Shown here: positions 8,319 to 18,560 of the stretch, piece by piece | How positions within the stretch are numbered: position 1 is the first letter of the stretch | Layout of the letters: each line of letters starts with the position of its first letter | Source of the DNA: a virus | Taxonomy: Duplodnaviria; Heunggongvirae; Uroviricota; Caudoviricetes | Length of the DNA stretch: 64,000 nucleotides | Direction: 5' to 3' (one strand) | Virus record (IMG/VR): IMGVR_UViG_3300033076_001232 | Coordinates: 142,435 to 206,434 of that record | Made by a program: the position numbers and the translations under genes | The notes under the pieces: model-generated | What the model was told of the DNA's origin: nothing | Database searches by the model: none | Seen by the model: only the letters and a program-made list of their open reading frames with translations

Positions 8319-8505
8319 TGTCATGAATGGGGACGAAAAGAAAATATACGACCGTGCACTCATAAAATATTCTATGATTGTAAGATGCGGTGGAAATTCC
8401 ATAGAGGAAATTAAAGAATGTATCGAGATCTTCGAAGAATTTGAAGATTATGAAAAATGTGCAGATTTACTCGAAATTTTAAAAGCCTATGAGTCTAAAA
8501 AATGA
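8287..8505 (+). CDS. Small acidic protein, UVR-like C-terminal motif (paralog 2; alternative start 8323)
   Basis: FEEFEDYEKCADLLEIL motif. Confidence 0.45.
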   Translation: MISRNLLQNANVMNGDEKKIYDRALIKYSMIVRCGGNSIEEIKECIEIFEEFEDYEKCADLLEILKAYESKK

Positions 8506-8526
8506 GTAGAGAAGAAAGTAAAAATA

Positions 8527-8760
8527 GTGAAGACGATAAATAGGCAAGTTTTTGAGAATGCTTTAAAAAGCATGGAGATATATGGTCTGGATGGAATGAA
8601 ATCCCCTAGAATATTATCTAAAAGAAATCTCATTAGAGAATCACTAATTAAATATTATGAATCCACTGAGGAATTTGAAAAATGCAAATTCATAGTAGGA
8701 TTTTTCGAGGATTTGGAAAAAAATATTTCCGAGACAAAATCCACCAGGAAAAAGCAATAA
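8527..8760 (+). CDS. Small acidic protein, UVR-like motif (paralog 3)
   Basis: TEEFEKCKFIVGFFEDL motif. Confidence 0.45.
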   Translation: MKTINRQVFENALKSMEIYGLDGMKSPRILSKRNLIRESLIKYYESTEEFEKCKFIVGFFEDLEKNISETKSTRKKQ

Positions 8761-8840
8761 TAGGTTCCACGATTTTGGTGTTTTTGAAACCTTTAGTTAC
8801 ATATAAGGTATAATTAACATCAAAAACAAACAAATAATTA

Positions 8841-10415
8841 ATGAAGTTTTCAGAATTATCTCCGGATCAAATTTATGAGATTTCCAGAATATACTGGGAT
8901 CGAAAAATGGGATGGGATGACAGAATGGAAGCTCTCAGTGAATACCTAGGTAAATCAGAAAGAACCGTCCAGAAATGGATATCCAAGTTAGGTATTACCG
9001 AGAAATCTATTCAGGAATCTCCACAGCTAATTAGAGCTAAAGAAAAGAAATTTAATAAAAGAAAAAAGAGATTCATTGTTACATGGGCTCAGAACGATAC
9101 TCCAGTTCACGAGAACTTCATCTGTAACATTGAGGCATATGCGAATCATATCAATGCAGATATTCACGTTATAGCAGGAAGGTACAAGAATCCAACCTCA
9201 GTGTTTACAGACAAGAAATATGAGCAATGGTCAGATCGGATTATAAAGTACTTGGATGCTAACCGTCACGAAATCCACAAGTATATGTGGATAATGTCAG
9301 ACGTAAAAATCCAACCGACGGCAGTTGATCCTATGACAGGATTACAGGGAATGACCGGTATTAATTCCTGTATTTTTGGATCCCCCAAAGTTCAGTTGGA
9401 AACAATCCCAGTACTGGAGGGGAATTTACCGAAAATAATGATGACCACTGGAGCCTGTACGGTCAAGAACTATACAGATTCTAAATCTGGTAAAAAGGGA
9501 GAATTCCATCACACATTAGGTTTTGTCGTAGTAGAAATAAAAGACGATGAAACCTTTTTTGCTAGACAGGTGACCGCAAATGATTCTGGTGATTTTACTG
9601 ATCTTTATTACAAAGTTGAGTATGATCCTGACGAGGATCAAAGTAAAGTAGATAAGATCAACAGAATATCTGCAGCTATCTTAGGAGACGTTCACTATGG
9701 ACAGCATGACGAGGAGGTTTTAAATAAAACCCTAGAGATGTTTAAAAACATCAATCCAGATTATGTTGTTTTACATGATGTTTTCGATGGATTATCTATA
9801 AACCACCACGAGTCCAACGATCCATTTGTTCAATACAAGAGAGAGATGGAGGGAACAAACTCCCTTAGAAATGAGATCGATGCGATGTTAAATGGATTGG
9901 AGGTATTCAAGGATTATAAAACTGTAATAGTTAGAAGTAATCACGATGATTTCTTGGATCGATGGTTAAAGAATACTGATTGGAGAAAAGCTACCACCAT
10001 GAAGAACTCTATTGAATATATGGAGTTCAGTACCCTGCTATTAAAAGGAGAAGCACCGAAAGGGATTATACCTTATCTCATTAATCAGAAATTTCCAGAA
10101 TTTGTTACGCTAGGACGCAGTGATAGCTTTGTAGTTAGAGATTGGGAACTTGGACAACATGGAGATATTGGGTCCAATGGTGCAAGAGGATCTCTGTTAC
10201 AATTTAGAAAGCTTAATAGAAAATTGGTTGTTGGTCATTATCATTCACCGGGTAGGAAAGATGGAGCTTTGGCAGTTGGAACATCAACTAAACTTAGAGT
10301 TAATTATAACCTAGGACCAAGCGGTTGGCTACATTCTCACGTTATTATACATGATGATGGAAAAGCTCAGCATATCAATTTTATAAAAGGTGACTTCACA
10401 ACACTAAAACCATAA
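8841..10415 (+). CDS. HTH-containing protein fused to calcineurin-like metallophosphoesterase domain
   Basis: N-terminal SERTVQKWISKLGI HTH-like; C-terminal GDVHYG, VLHDVFDG, SNHD, GHYH motifs. Confidence 0.55.
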   Translation: MKFSELSPDQIYEISRIYWDRKMGWDDRMEALSEYLGKSERTVQKWISKLGITEKSIQESPQLIRAKEKKFNKRKKRFIVTWAQNDTPVHENFICNIEAYANHINADIHVIAGRYKNPTSVFTDKKYEQWSDRIIKYLDANRHEIHKYMWIMSDVKIQPTAVDPMTGLQGMTGINSCIFGSPKVQLETIPVLEGNLPKIMMTTGACTVKNYTDSKSGKKGEFHHTLGFVVVEIKDDETFFARQVTANDSGDFTDLYYKVEYDPDEDQSKVDKINRISAAILGDVHYGQHDEEVLNKTLEMFKNINPDYVVLHDVFDGLSINHHESNDPFVQYKREMEGTNSLRNEIDAMLNGLEVFKDYKTVIVRSNHDDFLDRWLKNTDWRKATTMKNSIEYMEFSTLLLKGEAPKGIIPYLINQKFPEFVTLGRSDSFVVRDWELGQHGDIGSNGARGSLLQFRKLNRKLVVGHYHSPGRKDGALAVGTSTKLRVNYNLGPSGWLHSHVIIHDDGKAQHINFIKGDFTTLKP

Positions 10416-10421
10416 TCCAAT

Positions 10422-11000
10422 ATGGATCAAAAAATATACAATTTCATTGCAGGTGTAGATGAGGTAGGACGTGGGTGTCTCTCGGGTCCAGTCGTAGCTG
10501 CAGTAGTAATTCTTCCCGAAGGATTCTATGATTCTAGAATAAAAGACAGTAAGTTAATCAAGAGTCAAAAGAAAAGGGAAGAGGCTGAAGCACTTATCAA
10601 ACAGAACGCAATTTCTTGGGGTATAGGAGCAAGTTCCCCACAGGAGATAGATCAGATGAATATTCTGCAAGCAACTTTTTTAGCTATGAGAAGAGCTATT
10701 GATGCTTGTTCAAAAAGACCGGATTTTCTTTATGTTGATGGTGATAAATTCCCTGGCCATAATGGAATACCGTACGAGTGTGTAATAAAAGGAGACTCCA
10801 AAATACACTCTATATCTGCAGCATCTATTTTAGCCAAAGTTCATAGAGACAAGCTAATGAGACAGATTGGACTAGAACACCCATCTTATAAATGGGAGAC
10901 CAATGTTGGTTATGGAACAGCAGATCACATTAACGAGATAAAAAAATCAGGGCTAACCAAGCACCACAGAAAAACTTTTTGTTTAAACTTTATAAAATAA
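10422..11000 (+). CDS. rnhB: Ribonuclease HII
   Basis: GVDEVGRGCLSGPVVAAVV active-site motif and overall RNase HII-like length. Confidence 0.8.
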   Translation: MDQKIYNFIAGVDEVGRGCLSGPVVAAVVILPEGFYDSRIKDSKLIKSQKKREEAEALIKQNAISWGIGASSPQEIDQMNILQATFLAMRRAIDACSKRPDFLYVDGDKFPGHNGIPYECVIKGDSKIHSISAASILAKVHRDKLMRQIGLEHPSYKWETNVGYGTADHINEIKKSGLTKHHRKTFCLNFIK

Positions 11001-11004
11001 TAAA

Positions 11005-11340
11005 ATGGAATCACAAGAATTTGAAAAAGAAAATGTCATGTCTGAAAGCGAAGAATTGAAAATATTAGGTATAGATCAATTCGATAGAGCTGAATGGGTA
11101 TTTCAATTTGATGACGAGGAACCCATAGTTATGGCCTGGAGTACTTCCAAGGATGAAGCTGGCGAACTCTCCTTTATTCTTAAGGCAAACAGTGGAAGTA
11201 ACATAACTTTCAGATCCAAGGACGGTACGAAATCTCTTCAGATATTCGCCAGAAGAATGTCCGACGAGAGAAGAGCTGAATTGGATCAGATCCAAAAAAA
11301 TGAGGAAGAATTAATCGAGAAGATTAATAGTCCCGAATAA
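11005..11340 (+). CDS. Acidic hypothetical protein
   Basis: ORF track. Confidence 0.45.
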   Translation: MESQEFEKENVMSESEELKILGIDQFDRAEWVFQFDDEEPIVMAWSTSKDEAGELSFILKANSGSNITFRSKDGTKSLQIFARRMSDERRAELDQIQKNEEELIEKINSPE

Positions 11341-11353
11341 AAAATAAAACCCC

Positions 11354-12421
11354 ATGCGGAACAACACAAAATTCGACTTTGACGATATTCTAATCCAGCC
11401 TGCTGTAGTTAGTAGCATTTCCTCCAGAAGTGAGATCACTGTTACTTATGAGGATGGACATCTTCCTCTTTTCACAGCTCCTATGGATACTGTTGTTAGC
11501 TCTTCTAATGTTGAGATCTTTCAAAAACACGGGATAAGAGTTGTAAAGCCGAGGACAATGAATAATCAATACGATTACTCTGGATCTAATTTCAATGAAT
11601 TTTTATCGTTGGGATTAGATGATTTCAATACCATATTCTTAGATAAAGACCGATTTGAATCCGAGGATAAGCTATATGTTCTTATAGACATTGCAAATGG
11701 ACATATGCTAAAACTAATCGACTCAGTAAAGAAATCTAAAGAAATATACGGTGACAGATTAATTCTAATGGTTGGTAATGTTGCTAATCCCAAGACTTAT
11801 TCCGATCTATCAGATGCTGGAGCAGATTACGTAAGAGTCGGAATAGGTAATGGAGGTGGATGTCTCACTACGGTACAAACTGGTGTTGGTTATCCGATGG
11901 GATCTTTAATAAAGGAATGTTACATCGAAAGCTGTTTTATCAATAATCCTGCTAAAATAGTAGCTGATGGAGGATTTAAAAGTTACTCTGACATAATAAA
12001 AGCTTTAGCACTTGGAGCTGATTATGTGATGTTGGGTTCGATCCTTAATAAAGCCCTTGAAAGTGCAGGTGGAACTTACATGGAGGAATATACCAGCAGA
12101 TCTGAACCTAGAGAAACGATAGATCAATACTCAGAAAAAGCAAAAGAGCTTTTTGAGAATGGAACTAAGATGATCAAAAGTTTTAGAGGTATGAGTACAA
12201 AAGAGGCTCAGAAAGCTATGGGTAAAACTGTATTCAAAACTAGCGAGGGTGTTAACCGAATGCACCCAGTTGAATACACTCTAGAAGGATGGACTGATAA
12301 TTTCAGAAGTTATCTTTCATCCGCTATGAGTTATTCAAATGCTAGAAATCTAAAGGATTTTATAGGTTTGACTAAGTACAACTTCGTAACAGAGAGTTCA
12401 ATTAACAGGTATAGAAAATGA
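11354..12421 (+). CDS. guaC: GMP reductase / IMP dehydrogenase-family enzyme
   Basis: FTAPMDTV, IDIANGH, GIGNGGGCLTTVQTGVGYP, ADGG, GADYVMLGS align with GuaC motifs incl. catalytic Cys loop. Confidence 0.7.
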   Translation: MRNNTKFDFDDILIQPAVVSSISSRSEITVTYEDGHLPLFTAPMDTVVSSSNVEIFQKHGIRVVKPRTMNNQYDYSGSNFNEFLSLGLDDFNTIFLDKDRFESEDKLYVLIDIANGHMLKLIDSVKKSKEIYGDRLILMVGNVANPKTYSDLSDAGADYVRVGIGNGGGCLTTVQTGVGYPMGSLIKECYIESCFINNPAKIVADGGFKSYSDIIKALALGADYVMLGSILNKALESAGGTYMEEYTSRSEPRETIDQYSEKAKELFENGTKMIKSFRGMSTKEAQKAMGKTVFKTSEGVNRMHPVEYTLEGWTDNFRSYLSSAMSYSNARNLKDFIGLTKYNFVTESSINRYRK

Positions 12422-12726
12422 GAAAGGGTGATTTTTGTTTACTTAATTCTGAAGGGTGTCTTTTATCCTGCACTAGGCATAATGAATACATTAAGGTAAA
12501 TTCAGAAGAGGAAAAATGTAATCACGTTTTTGTTATTTATGATACTGAAGATAGTATTGTCGATATTCTAGAATCAGATAAAATGAAAGAGTTCATACAC
12601 GGGGATCTTGAAATCCACGGTGTTTCCAGAAGCTACCGATATTCAGAATTCCCTGGGAGTATGAAACCCGATCTTAAAACTCTGGATGAATTTATAGGCA
12701 TAGATACTGCTGGAAAAATATACTAG
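12418..12726 (+). CDS. Hypothetical protein
   Basis: ATGA overlap with upstream gene. Confidence 0.45.
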   Translation: MRKGDFCLLNSEGCLLSCTRHNEYIKVNSEEEKCNHVFVIYDTEDSIVDILESDKMKEFIHGDLEIHGVSRSYRYSEFPGSMKPDLKTLDEFIGIDTAGKIY

Positions 12727-12764
12727 ATGTTTTTTGGTATATAGATCAAAAAAGTAGTTTTTAA

Positions 12765-13214
12765 ATGAAGTCCGGTTATTATTTAAGTGCAGATCTAATT
12801 TCTAAGAAGAAATTTACGACCGATGATTTAGAGAGGATAACATCAGAAATGGAAATGAATGAGGATTTCTTTGATCTCTGTTCAGTTCTTTCTGGTTTTA
12901 TATCTATGAATTTTAGCAGTCATGTCGAAATCTATGCAGAGGATATAAAATTTGATTCAGACAAGATAACAGAGGTTGAACAATTTATAGAGATTCTAGA
13001 TTCTTTGATCTCAGGAGGATGGGGAAATGATTCTAAGATAGAGTGGACCTCAGATTATCCAGAGATGACATATCTTTGGTTTAAAAATTCAGACGTTTGG
13101 GAATCTGTAACCAAGGATCACGATAGAGGCATATGGAGAGAAGAGGAGGAGTGGGACAAGGATGATTCAGATTATGACTACCCGGATTATACAGATCCGG
13201 AGGATAATTGGTAA
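12765..13214 (+). CDS. Hypothetical protein with acidic D/Y/E-rich tail
   Basis: ORF track. Confidence 0.45.
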   Translation: MKSGYYLSADLISKKKFTTDDLERITSEMEMNEDFFDLCSVLSGFISMNFSSHVEIYAEDIKFDSDKITEVEQFIEILDSLISGGWGNDSKIEWTSDYPEMTYLWFKNSDVWESVTKDHDRGIWREEEEWDKDDSDYDYPDYTDPEDNW

Positions 13215-13350
13215 TTTTCTGGAACATTTCTATAAAAAGCATATATAAAAAGTAAGGAAGAGCCTTTCAAGCTTATTACTGTCTCGGGTCAAACAGGCCT
13301 TAGAGTTGTTCAAAGAGCATCGAAGAGATATTAAAAAAAGAAAAGGTAAT

Positions 13351-14217
13351 ATGAAAAACAACAAAATCGGTGAAACCAATTCACCAAAGCCACAAGCATG
13401 GATCGCCGTATCCAACAATCGACAAAAACTATACGGCACAAACAATGATCTAGTTTATCTAGATGACGACCAGGAGTTTCAAATTGAACTCTACAATCCA
13501 ACTTCCATTAAATATCTTGCTAAGATCTATGTCAATGGGGAATTAATGTCTTCTGCTGGTTTGGTTCTAAAACCAGGTCAAAGATATTTCCTTGACAGAC
13601 ACATCGATGTCAAGAAAAAATTGGTCTTCTCCACTTATGAGGTTGAAGATACTGAAGAGGTAGCGGAAGCAATCAAAAACAACGGATCGGTGAAGGTTGA
13701 GTTTTATGGGGAGTGCAAAAATTCAAATTGGCTAACTGCCAGTCCCGGAACTAGCACGCTTACAGTTTATCCAACCTGGACTACCAACCACAATCTTACT
13801 GGAAATGGAACTATTACTTTTGGAGGTTCCACCGTTAATACTCTATTCACGAGTACCTCAGGTGTTATTTCAGGATCAATTTCCGGAGGTGTGGATATTT
13901 CAGCCAGTAGGGATTACAGCTCAAGTTTCGTATACGACACCTACTCTAGTGAATACTCTAGTGAAATCAAAATGCAAAATGCTGGTTCTCTAGAAACTGG
14001 ACGTGTTGAAACGGGTAAGGATTCAAATCAGAGTTTCGATCAAGACTATGGGACTTACTCATGGTTTAGCTCATTCAATTCTGAATACAAAATCCTCCCA
14101 AGATCAACTAAACCGGTTGAGGTTAAGGAGATCAGAGAGTACTGCACAGAGTGCGGAACTAGAATAAAGAAAAAAGGCTGGAAATTCTGCCCATCATGTG
14201 GGGAGAAATTAAGCTAA
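13351..14217 (+). CDS. S/T-rich protein with C-terminal zinc-ribbon (CTECG...CPSCG)
   Basis: Start moved to ATG 13351 (MKNNKIG); CxxC-x11-CxxC at C-terminus. Confidence 0.5.
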   Translation: MKNNKIGETNSPKPQAWIAVSNNRQKLYGTNNDLVYLDDDQEFQIELYNPTSIKYLAKIYVNGELMSSAGLVLKPGQRYFLDRHIDVKKKLVFSTYEVEDTEEVAEAIKNNGSVKVEFYGECKNSNWLTASPGTSTLTVYPTWTTNHNLTGNGTITFGGSTVNTLFTSTSGVISGSISGGVDISASRDYSSSFVYDTYSSEYSSEIKMQNAGSLETGRVETGKDSNQSFDQDYGTYSWFSSFNSEYKILPRSTKPVEVKEIREYCTECGTRIKKKGWKFCPSCGEKLS

Positions 14218-14295
14218 ATTAAAAGTTTGGGGCTCTTCCTTTTTTTTAGAGAACTATTTTCTAAATCACCCATATAACTTTAAAATCTTTTATAA

Positions 14296-16233
14296 GTGAA
14301 GGTATTTTTCATAGTCCCGCATTTGTCTACTGGAGGAATGCCGGAATATCTAAAGAATAAGATAGAGAAAATAAAGGACTCCTGTGAAATATGGGTTTTT
14401 GAAAAATCACACGAGAGGACTTATAACACAATCAGGAAAAGAATAGAATCTTTAATAGGACCAGAACGTATAATTACATTGGGTGCTAAGAAAAAGATAC
14501 TATTGGAATCCATAAGATCGATTGGTCCGGATGTTATACATTTCGAAGAACCCTGCGAGCATTTTCTTTCTGACGATATTCTTGAAGAGATATTTTATAG
14601 TGAAAGAAAATATCGTATCCTAGAAACTTTCCATGATTCGTCAATGCAGCCAGAGGAAAAAAAATTCTTGCCTGATAAATTTATAGTGGTTAGTCCATGG
14701 CAGGTTAAGTTGTTGCAGAAGTTAAAAATCCCTATGGAAGTTATTGAACATCAATTAGAGAAAAGGGAATTTAGAAATTCCGATGCAGCCAAGAATAAGC
14801 TAGGGTTAGATACCGGGCATAAACACGTGGTTCAAATTGGAATATTCACGCCAAGAAAAAACCAATCAGAGACAATTAATATAGCCAGATTAACCCCACA
14901 GATACAGTATCACTTCATTGGTACTTTGGCGGATAATTTCAAATGGTACTGGGAACCTTTGCTGAGAGATCTTCCCCCCAACTGTAAAATTTGGGGTGAG
15001 CGTGATGATGTTGATCTTTTTTATGAGGCTGCAGATCTTATCATATTTCCTTCCATAGAAAGATTCAACGATAAGGAAACAAGCCCTCTCGTTTTAAAGG
15101 AAGCTATCTCTTGGAAGACACCTCTTTTGATGAAGAACACCGATGTTTATTCAGACATGTATCAAGAATCAGATACGGTTCATTTCATGGGGGGTTCAAT
15201 AAATTATAATTCTAGAAAAATTTTACAAATATTAGGAGAAATGGAAACAGGAGGACAAAAATTCTCGGCTAGATTTGAAGCCGATGAAAATAAATTAATA
15301 GTGGGTCTTATGGAAAATGAGATAGGCGATGTTACCGTATCTATTAAGGATAGGGATTCTAACACCTGCATATTTTCATTTTCTCTAGATGCACAGTATG
15401 CGGGATCCGAATGGTGGTGTATCCCGATACCTAAGCCATACTTTGATTTTATGGGTGATAGAAACTTTAGTGGTTTCTTAGTCGAGTTTTACAAGTCATT
15501 GAACGAGGATCCAATCGAATCTTTGATTGTAGACCTAGATAAAAAACCCATCATGAAAAAAATGATAAACTCCGGTGGTCCTATTAACTTCGATCCTATT
15601 TTCGTAAATTACACACAGTTCTTTGTTGATGGAATTTATAACCAATTCTTTGCAGGCACCCGAGTGACAACTGCCATCGACATAGGAGCTAATGTTGGTC
15701 TTTTTACCGAATGGGTACTTGATAGATTCGGAAGCGACACGAAAGTAATTTCGGTTGAGCCAAATAGCAAAGCATGCGAATCATTCAGTTACATGCACTC
15801 AGGAAAAGAGAATGTTATTTTAGAAAAGCTTGCAGTCACTTCCACTGATAACGATGTGATCAAACTTTTAGTAAATCCGGAGAATACCCTAATATCTAGT
15901 GTAGAAGGTACTGGAGATGGCTACTCAGATTCAGAGGAGATCGGTACCATATCTCTCCTTAGTTTATTGGAAAAGCATGGTCTCTCTGAGGTTGATCTTC
16001 TTAAGGTTGACGTGGAGGGAGCAGAATATGATATATTTAGCGTTGTTTCACCGGAGGATCTCAGAAGGTTTAAGCACATGCTAATTGAATTTCATAACAA
16101 TAGAGGCAGAGCATCCGATTTGATATCAAAGATAATCTCTGCTGGTTTTGACGTGGATCTTAGAGACGACGATACAAGGTATCAAGTGGATCAGAACAAC
16201 GATAGAGGAACCATATTTGCAACAAGAAAATGA
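14296..16233 (+). CDS. Bifunctional glycosyltransferase (GT-B fold) / FkbM-family methyltransferase
   Basis: GTG start; GT-B C-terminal half motifs (EAADLIIFPS..E..PLVLKEA); C-terminal TAIDIGANVGLFTEWVL FkbM-like SAM motif. Confidence 0.6.
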   Translation: MKVFFIVPHLSTGGMPEYLKNKIEKIKDSCEIWVFEKSHERTYNTIRKRIESLIGPERIITLGAKKKILLESIRSIGPDVIHFEEPCEHFLSDDILEEIFYSERKYRILETFHDSSMQPEEKKFLPDKFIVVSPWQVKLLQKLKIPMEVIEHQLEKREFRNSDAAKNKLGLDTGHKHVVQIGIFTPRKNQSETINIARLTPQIQYHFIGTLADNFKWYWEPLLRDLPPNCKIWGERDDVDLFYEAADLIIFPSIERFNDKETSPLVLKEAISWKTPLLMKNTDVYSDMYQESDTVHFMGGSINYNSRKILQILGEMETGGQKFSARFEADENKLIVGLMENEIGDVTVSIKDRDSNTCIFSFSLDAQYAGSEWWCIPIPKPYFDFMGDRNFSGFLVEFYKSLNEDPIESLIVDLDKKPIMKKMINSGGPINFDPIFVNYTQFFVDGIYNQFFAGTRVTTAIDIGANVGLFTEWVLDRFGSDTKVISVEPNSKACESFSYMHSGKENVILEKLAVTSTDNDVIKLLVNPENTLISSVEGTGDGYSDSEEIGTISLLSLLEKHGLSEVDLLKVDVEGAEYDIFSVVSPEDLRRFKHMLIEFHNNRGRASDLISKIISAGFDVDLRDDDTRYQVDQNNDRGTIFATRK

Positions 16234-18542
16234 GAATAGCACAGATTACCCCTGGTGTAATTCCGATCCCACCAAATGGATGGGGTGCAGTTGAAAAAAT
16301 AATATGGGAATACACTAAAGTACTTAGATCATTAGGACATCATGTAGAGATATTATATTCAAGTGAGGTCAATCCGGACGAATGGGACATAGTACATGTT
16401 CATATGGCAAATCTTGCCCTGGATCTAAAGTCAAGAGGAATACCTTACATCTTCTCACATCATGATCACCATGCCTATCACTTTGGTAAAGAATCTCACA
16501 CTTACAAAGAAAACTTGGAAGCTATCCAGGGATCAATTGTGAGCTTCGTACATGCTAAATATTTAGTTGATTATTTTGGAGGCGGGGATAAATTAAGGTA
16601 CTTGGGTCACGGGGTTAATATCTGGGACTATGAGTTTAATGATAAATCCAGAAGCATTAAAGAGGGAAACATCTCATTGCTAATGTTAGCTAATAACGGC
16701 CTGGGCGGTGATAAGATGTACGATAGAAAGGGATTCAAATACGGAATAGAATCCGCAAGAAGATTGAATCTACCAATAACGATAATATGTCCATCCGATA
16801 ATTCCGATTTGATAGAATCAGTAGATCCCTACGAGAAGCTAACTCTCAAATATAATCTGGGCTATTTGGACACCCTGGAGGAAATAAGAAATCACCACAT
16901 TTTTTTGAATCCTTCGATGTTAGAGGCTGGACACCCAAACCTCACTGTTACTGAGATGTTGTCTCTGGGAATTCCAGTGATCGGTACGTGTGAGTCGGAA
17001 ATCCCAGGATTGGTGAGATTGCCACTAGCATCGGATCTTAGTATAGATTTAGATAATCTATGTGAATCTATAGAGAAAGCAATTAGAACTTATCCGCAGT
17101 TAGTTTTAGAATGTAAGAGAATCAGGGAATCACTTTCATGGGAGGTGGTTGTATCTAAGATGCTAATGGAGTACTCGTCATTCGCTAAGATCGATCAAAA
17201 GGAGCTTATTTTAAGCTCGTATAAGACTCCAATTAGAAAAGACATATTAACAGATGTTCGGGGGTTCGATTGCTCGTTTAATGGCTCTATTTACGCTTAC
17301 AAATCAGCCAATACACCTTCGATAACTTCAGTTTCATTTAAAGATAGAGGAACTAACCAGATAATATATAAATCCAAGTTTTCTAAATCGTCTAAATCCT
17401 GGATTATGTATGGCGATTCACCTAATAGATTCATAGACTGGGAGGTTGTTTTTAAGGTTGGAGACATTGAGGTATTTAAAAAATCGATGGATCTAAGGGA
17501 CAATCATGTTCTTGTTATTGGCGAGATTGGATCTGATAAATCCGAAATGTTATCGGATTTTGAGAAAACTACCGGATGTATACTATCATTAAGAGATTCT
17601 GAAATTAGTGGATTTTTCAAATCCGATGGATCCGATGATCTATACTATAGAAAGCTAAACCCAGAACAAATCTTAGATTTTTTCTCCCCCAAGGATAAGA
17701 TCACTAGCCGAACATTAATTACTCTGGAAACTGGATCTCTGGGTGACAATATAGCTTTCATTCCCTATGCTAATGAATATGGTAAGAAGATAGGTGAAAA
17801 AGTCGATGTTATCATGCCACACAAGGATCTATTTACCGATGTATATGAATGGGTAAACTTTGTAGATTCAGATGGATTGCATCCTTATACTAACTATGTA
17901 GCCATTGATTACATTTTCGAAAAACCCCTACAAGAGGGTGCGGCATACCAGCTAGGATTAGATTATCAAGAGATAAGACCGGAAATAAAACAGAGACAAT
18001 CCTTAGATATACCTTCGGGCAAATATGTGTGTTTCTCCATGCACAGCACAGCACAGGCTAAGCATTGGAATTATGACAAAGGATGGTCAAAACTATGTAA
18101 TGAATTGAAGTTAATGGGTATTACTCCAGTTTGCATAGATCGATACGAATCATTTGGTACAGAGGACAATTGGAATCCTATCCCTAAAAATTGTGTCAAT
18201 ATGACTGGGGGTGACCTAACAAGAATGATAGAAATAATTAGTGGGTGTGAATACTTTATAGGACTTTCTAGCGGTTTATCTTGGTTGGCACATGCACTAG
18301 GAAAGAGAGTGGTGATGATATCGGGGGTCACTTCTCCAGAAAATGAATTCACAATTGATTGCCTAAGAATACACGATTCCAGCGTTTGTAATTCGTGTTT
18401 TAATAAGTGTAAGGATTACGAGTTCGATCCCGGAGATTGGATGTGGTGTCCTGAATTTAGGGGAACCTCTAGACAGTTCGAATGTACTAAAGGTATATCT
18501 GCACATAGAATAATATCAGAAATAAAGAAAATCGGGTGGTAA
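16230..18542 (+). CDS. Multidomain glycosyltransferase: N-terminal GT4-like, C-terminal GT9 (heptosyltransferase-like)
   Basis: GWGAVEKI..HVH N-terminal GT4 features; C-terminal ETGSLGDNIAF and GGDLTRMIEIISGCEYFIGLSSGLSWLAHALG GT9 motifs. Confidence 0.6.
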   Translation: MRIAQITPGVIPIPPNGWGAVEKIIWEYTKVLRSLGHHVEILYSSEVNPDEWDIVHVHMANLALDLKSRGIPYIFSHHDHHAYHFGKESHTYKENLEAIQGSIVSFVHAKYLVDYFGGGDKLRYLGHGVNIWDYEFNDKSRSIKEGNISLLMLANNGLGGDKMYDRKGFKYGIESARRLNLPITIICPSDNSDLIESVDPYEKLTLKYNLGYLDTLEEIRNHHIFLNPSMLEAGHPNLTVTEMLSLGIPVIGTCESEIPGLVRLPLASDLSIDLDNLCESIEKAIRTYPQLVLECKRIRESLSWEVVVSKMLMEYSSFAKIDQKELILSSYKTPIRKDILTDVRGFDCSFNGSIYAYKSANTPSITSVSFKDRGTNQIIYKSKFSKSSKSWIMYGDSPNRFIDWEVVFKVGDIEVFKKSMDLRDNHVLVIGEIGSDKSEMLSDFEKTTGCILSLRDSEISGFFKSDGSDDLYYRKLNPEQILDFFSPKDKITSRTLITLETGSLGDNIAFIPYANEYGKKIGEKVDVIMPHKDLFTDVYEWVNFVDSDGLHPYTNYVAIDYIFEKPLQEGAAYQLGLDYQEIRPEIKQRQSLDIPSGKYVCFSMHSTAQAKHWNYDKGWSKLCNELKLMGITPVCIDRYESFGTEDNWNPIPKNCVNMTGGDLTRMIEIISGCEYFIGLSSGLSWLAHALGKRVVMISGVTSPENEFTIDCLRIHDSSVCNSCFNKCKDYEFDPGDWMWCPEFRGTSRQFECTKGISAHRIISEIKKIGW

Positions 18543-18560
18543 TTGGGGATATATAAAACC

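Noticed and set aside
14222-14252. Possible terminator after the 13351-14217 gene (T8 run)
   Set aside because: No local stem precedes the T-run; the only complementary partner (aaggaagagcc) is ~1 kb upstream, so it is reported as a long-range inverted repeat instead.
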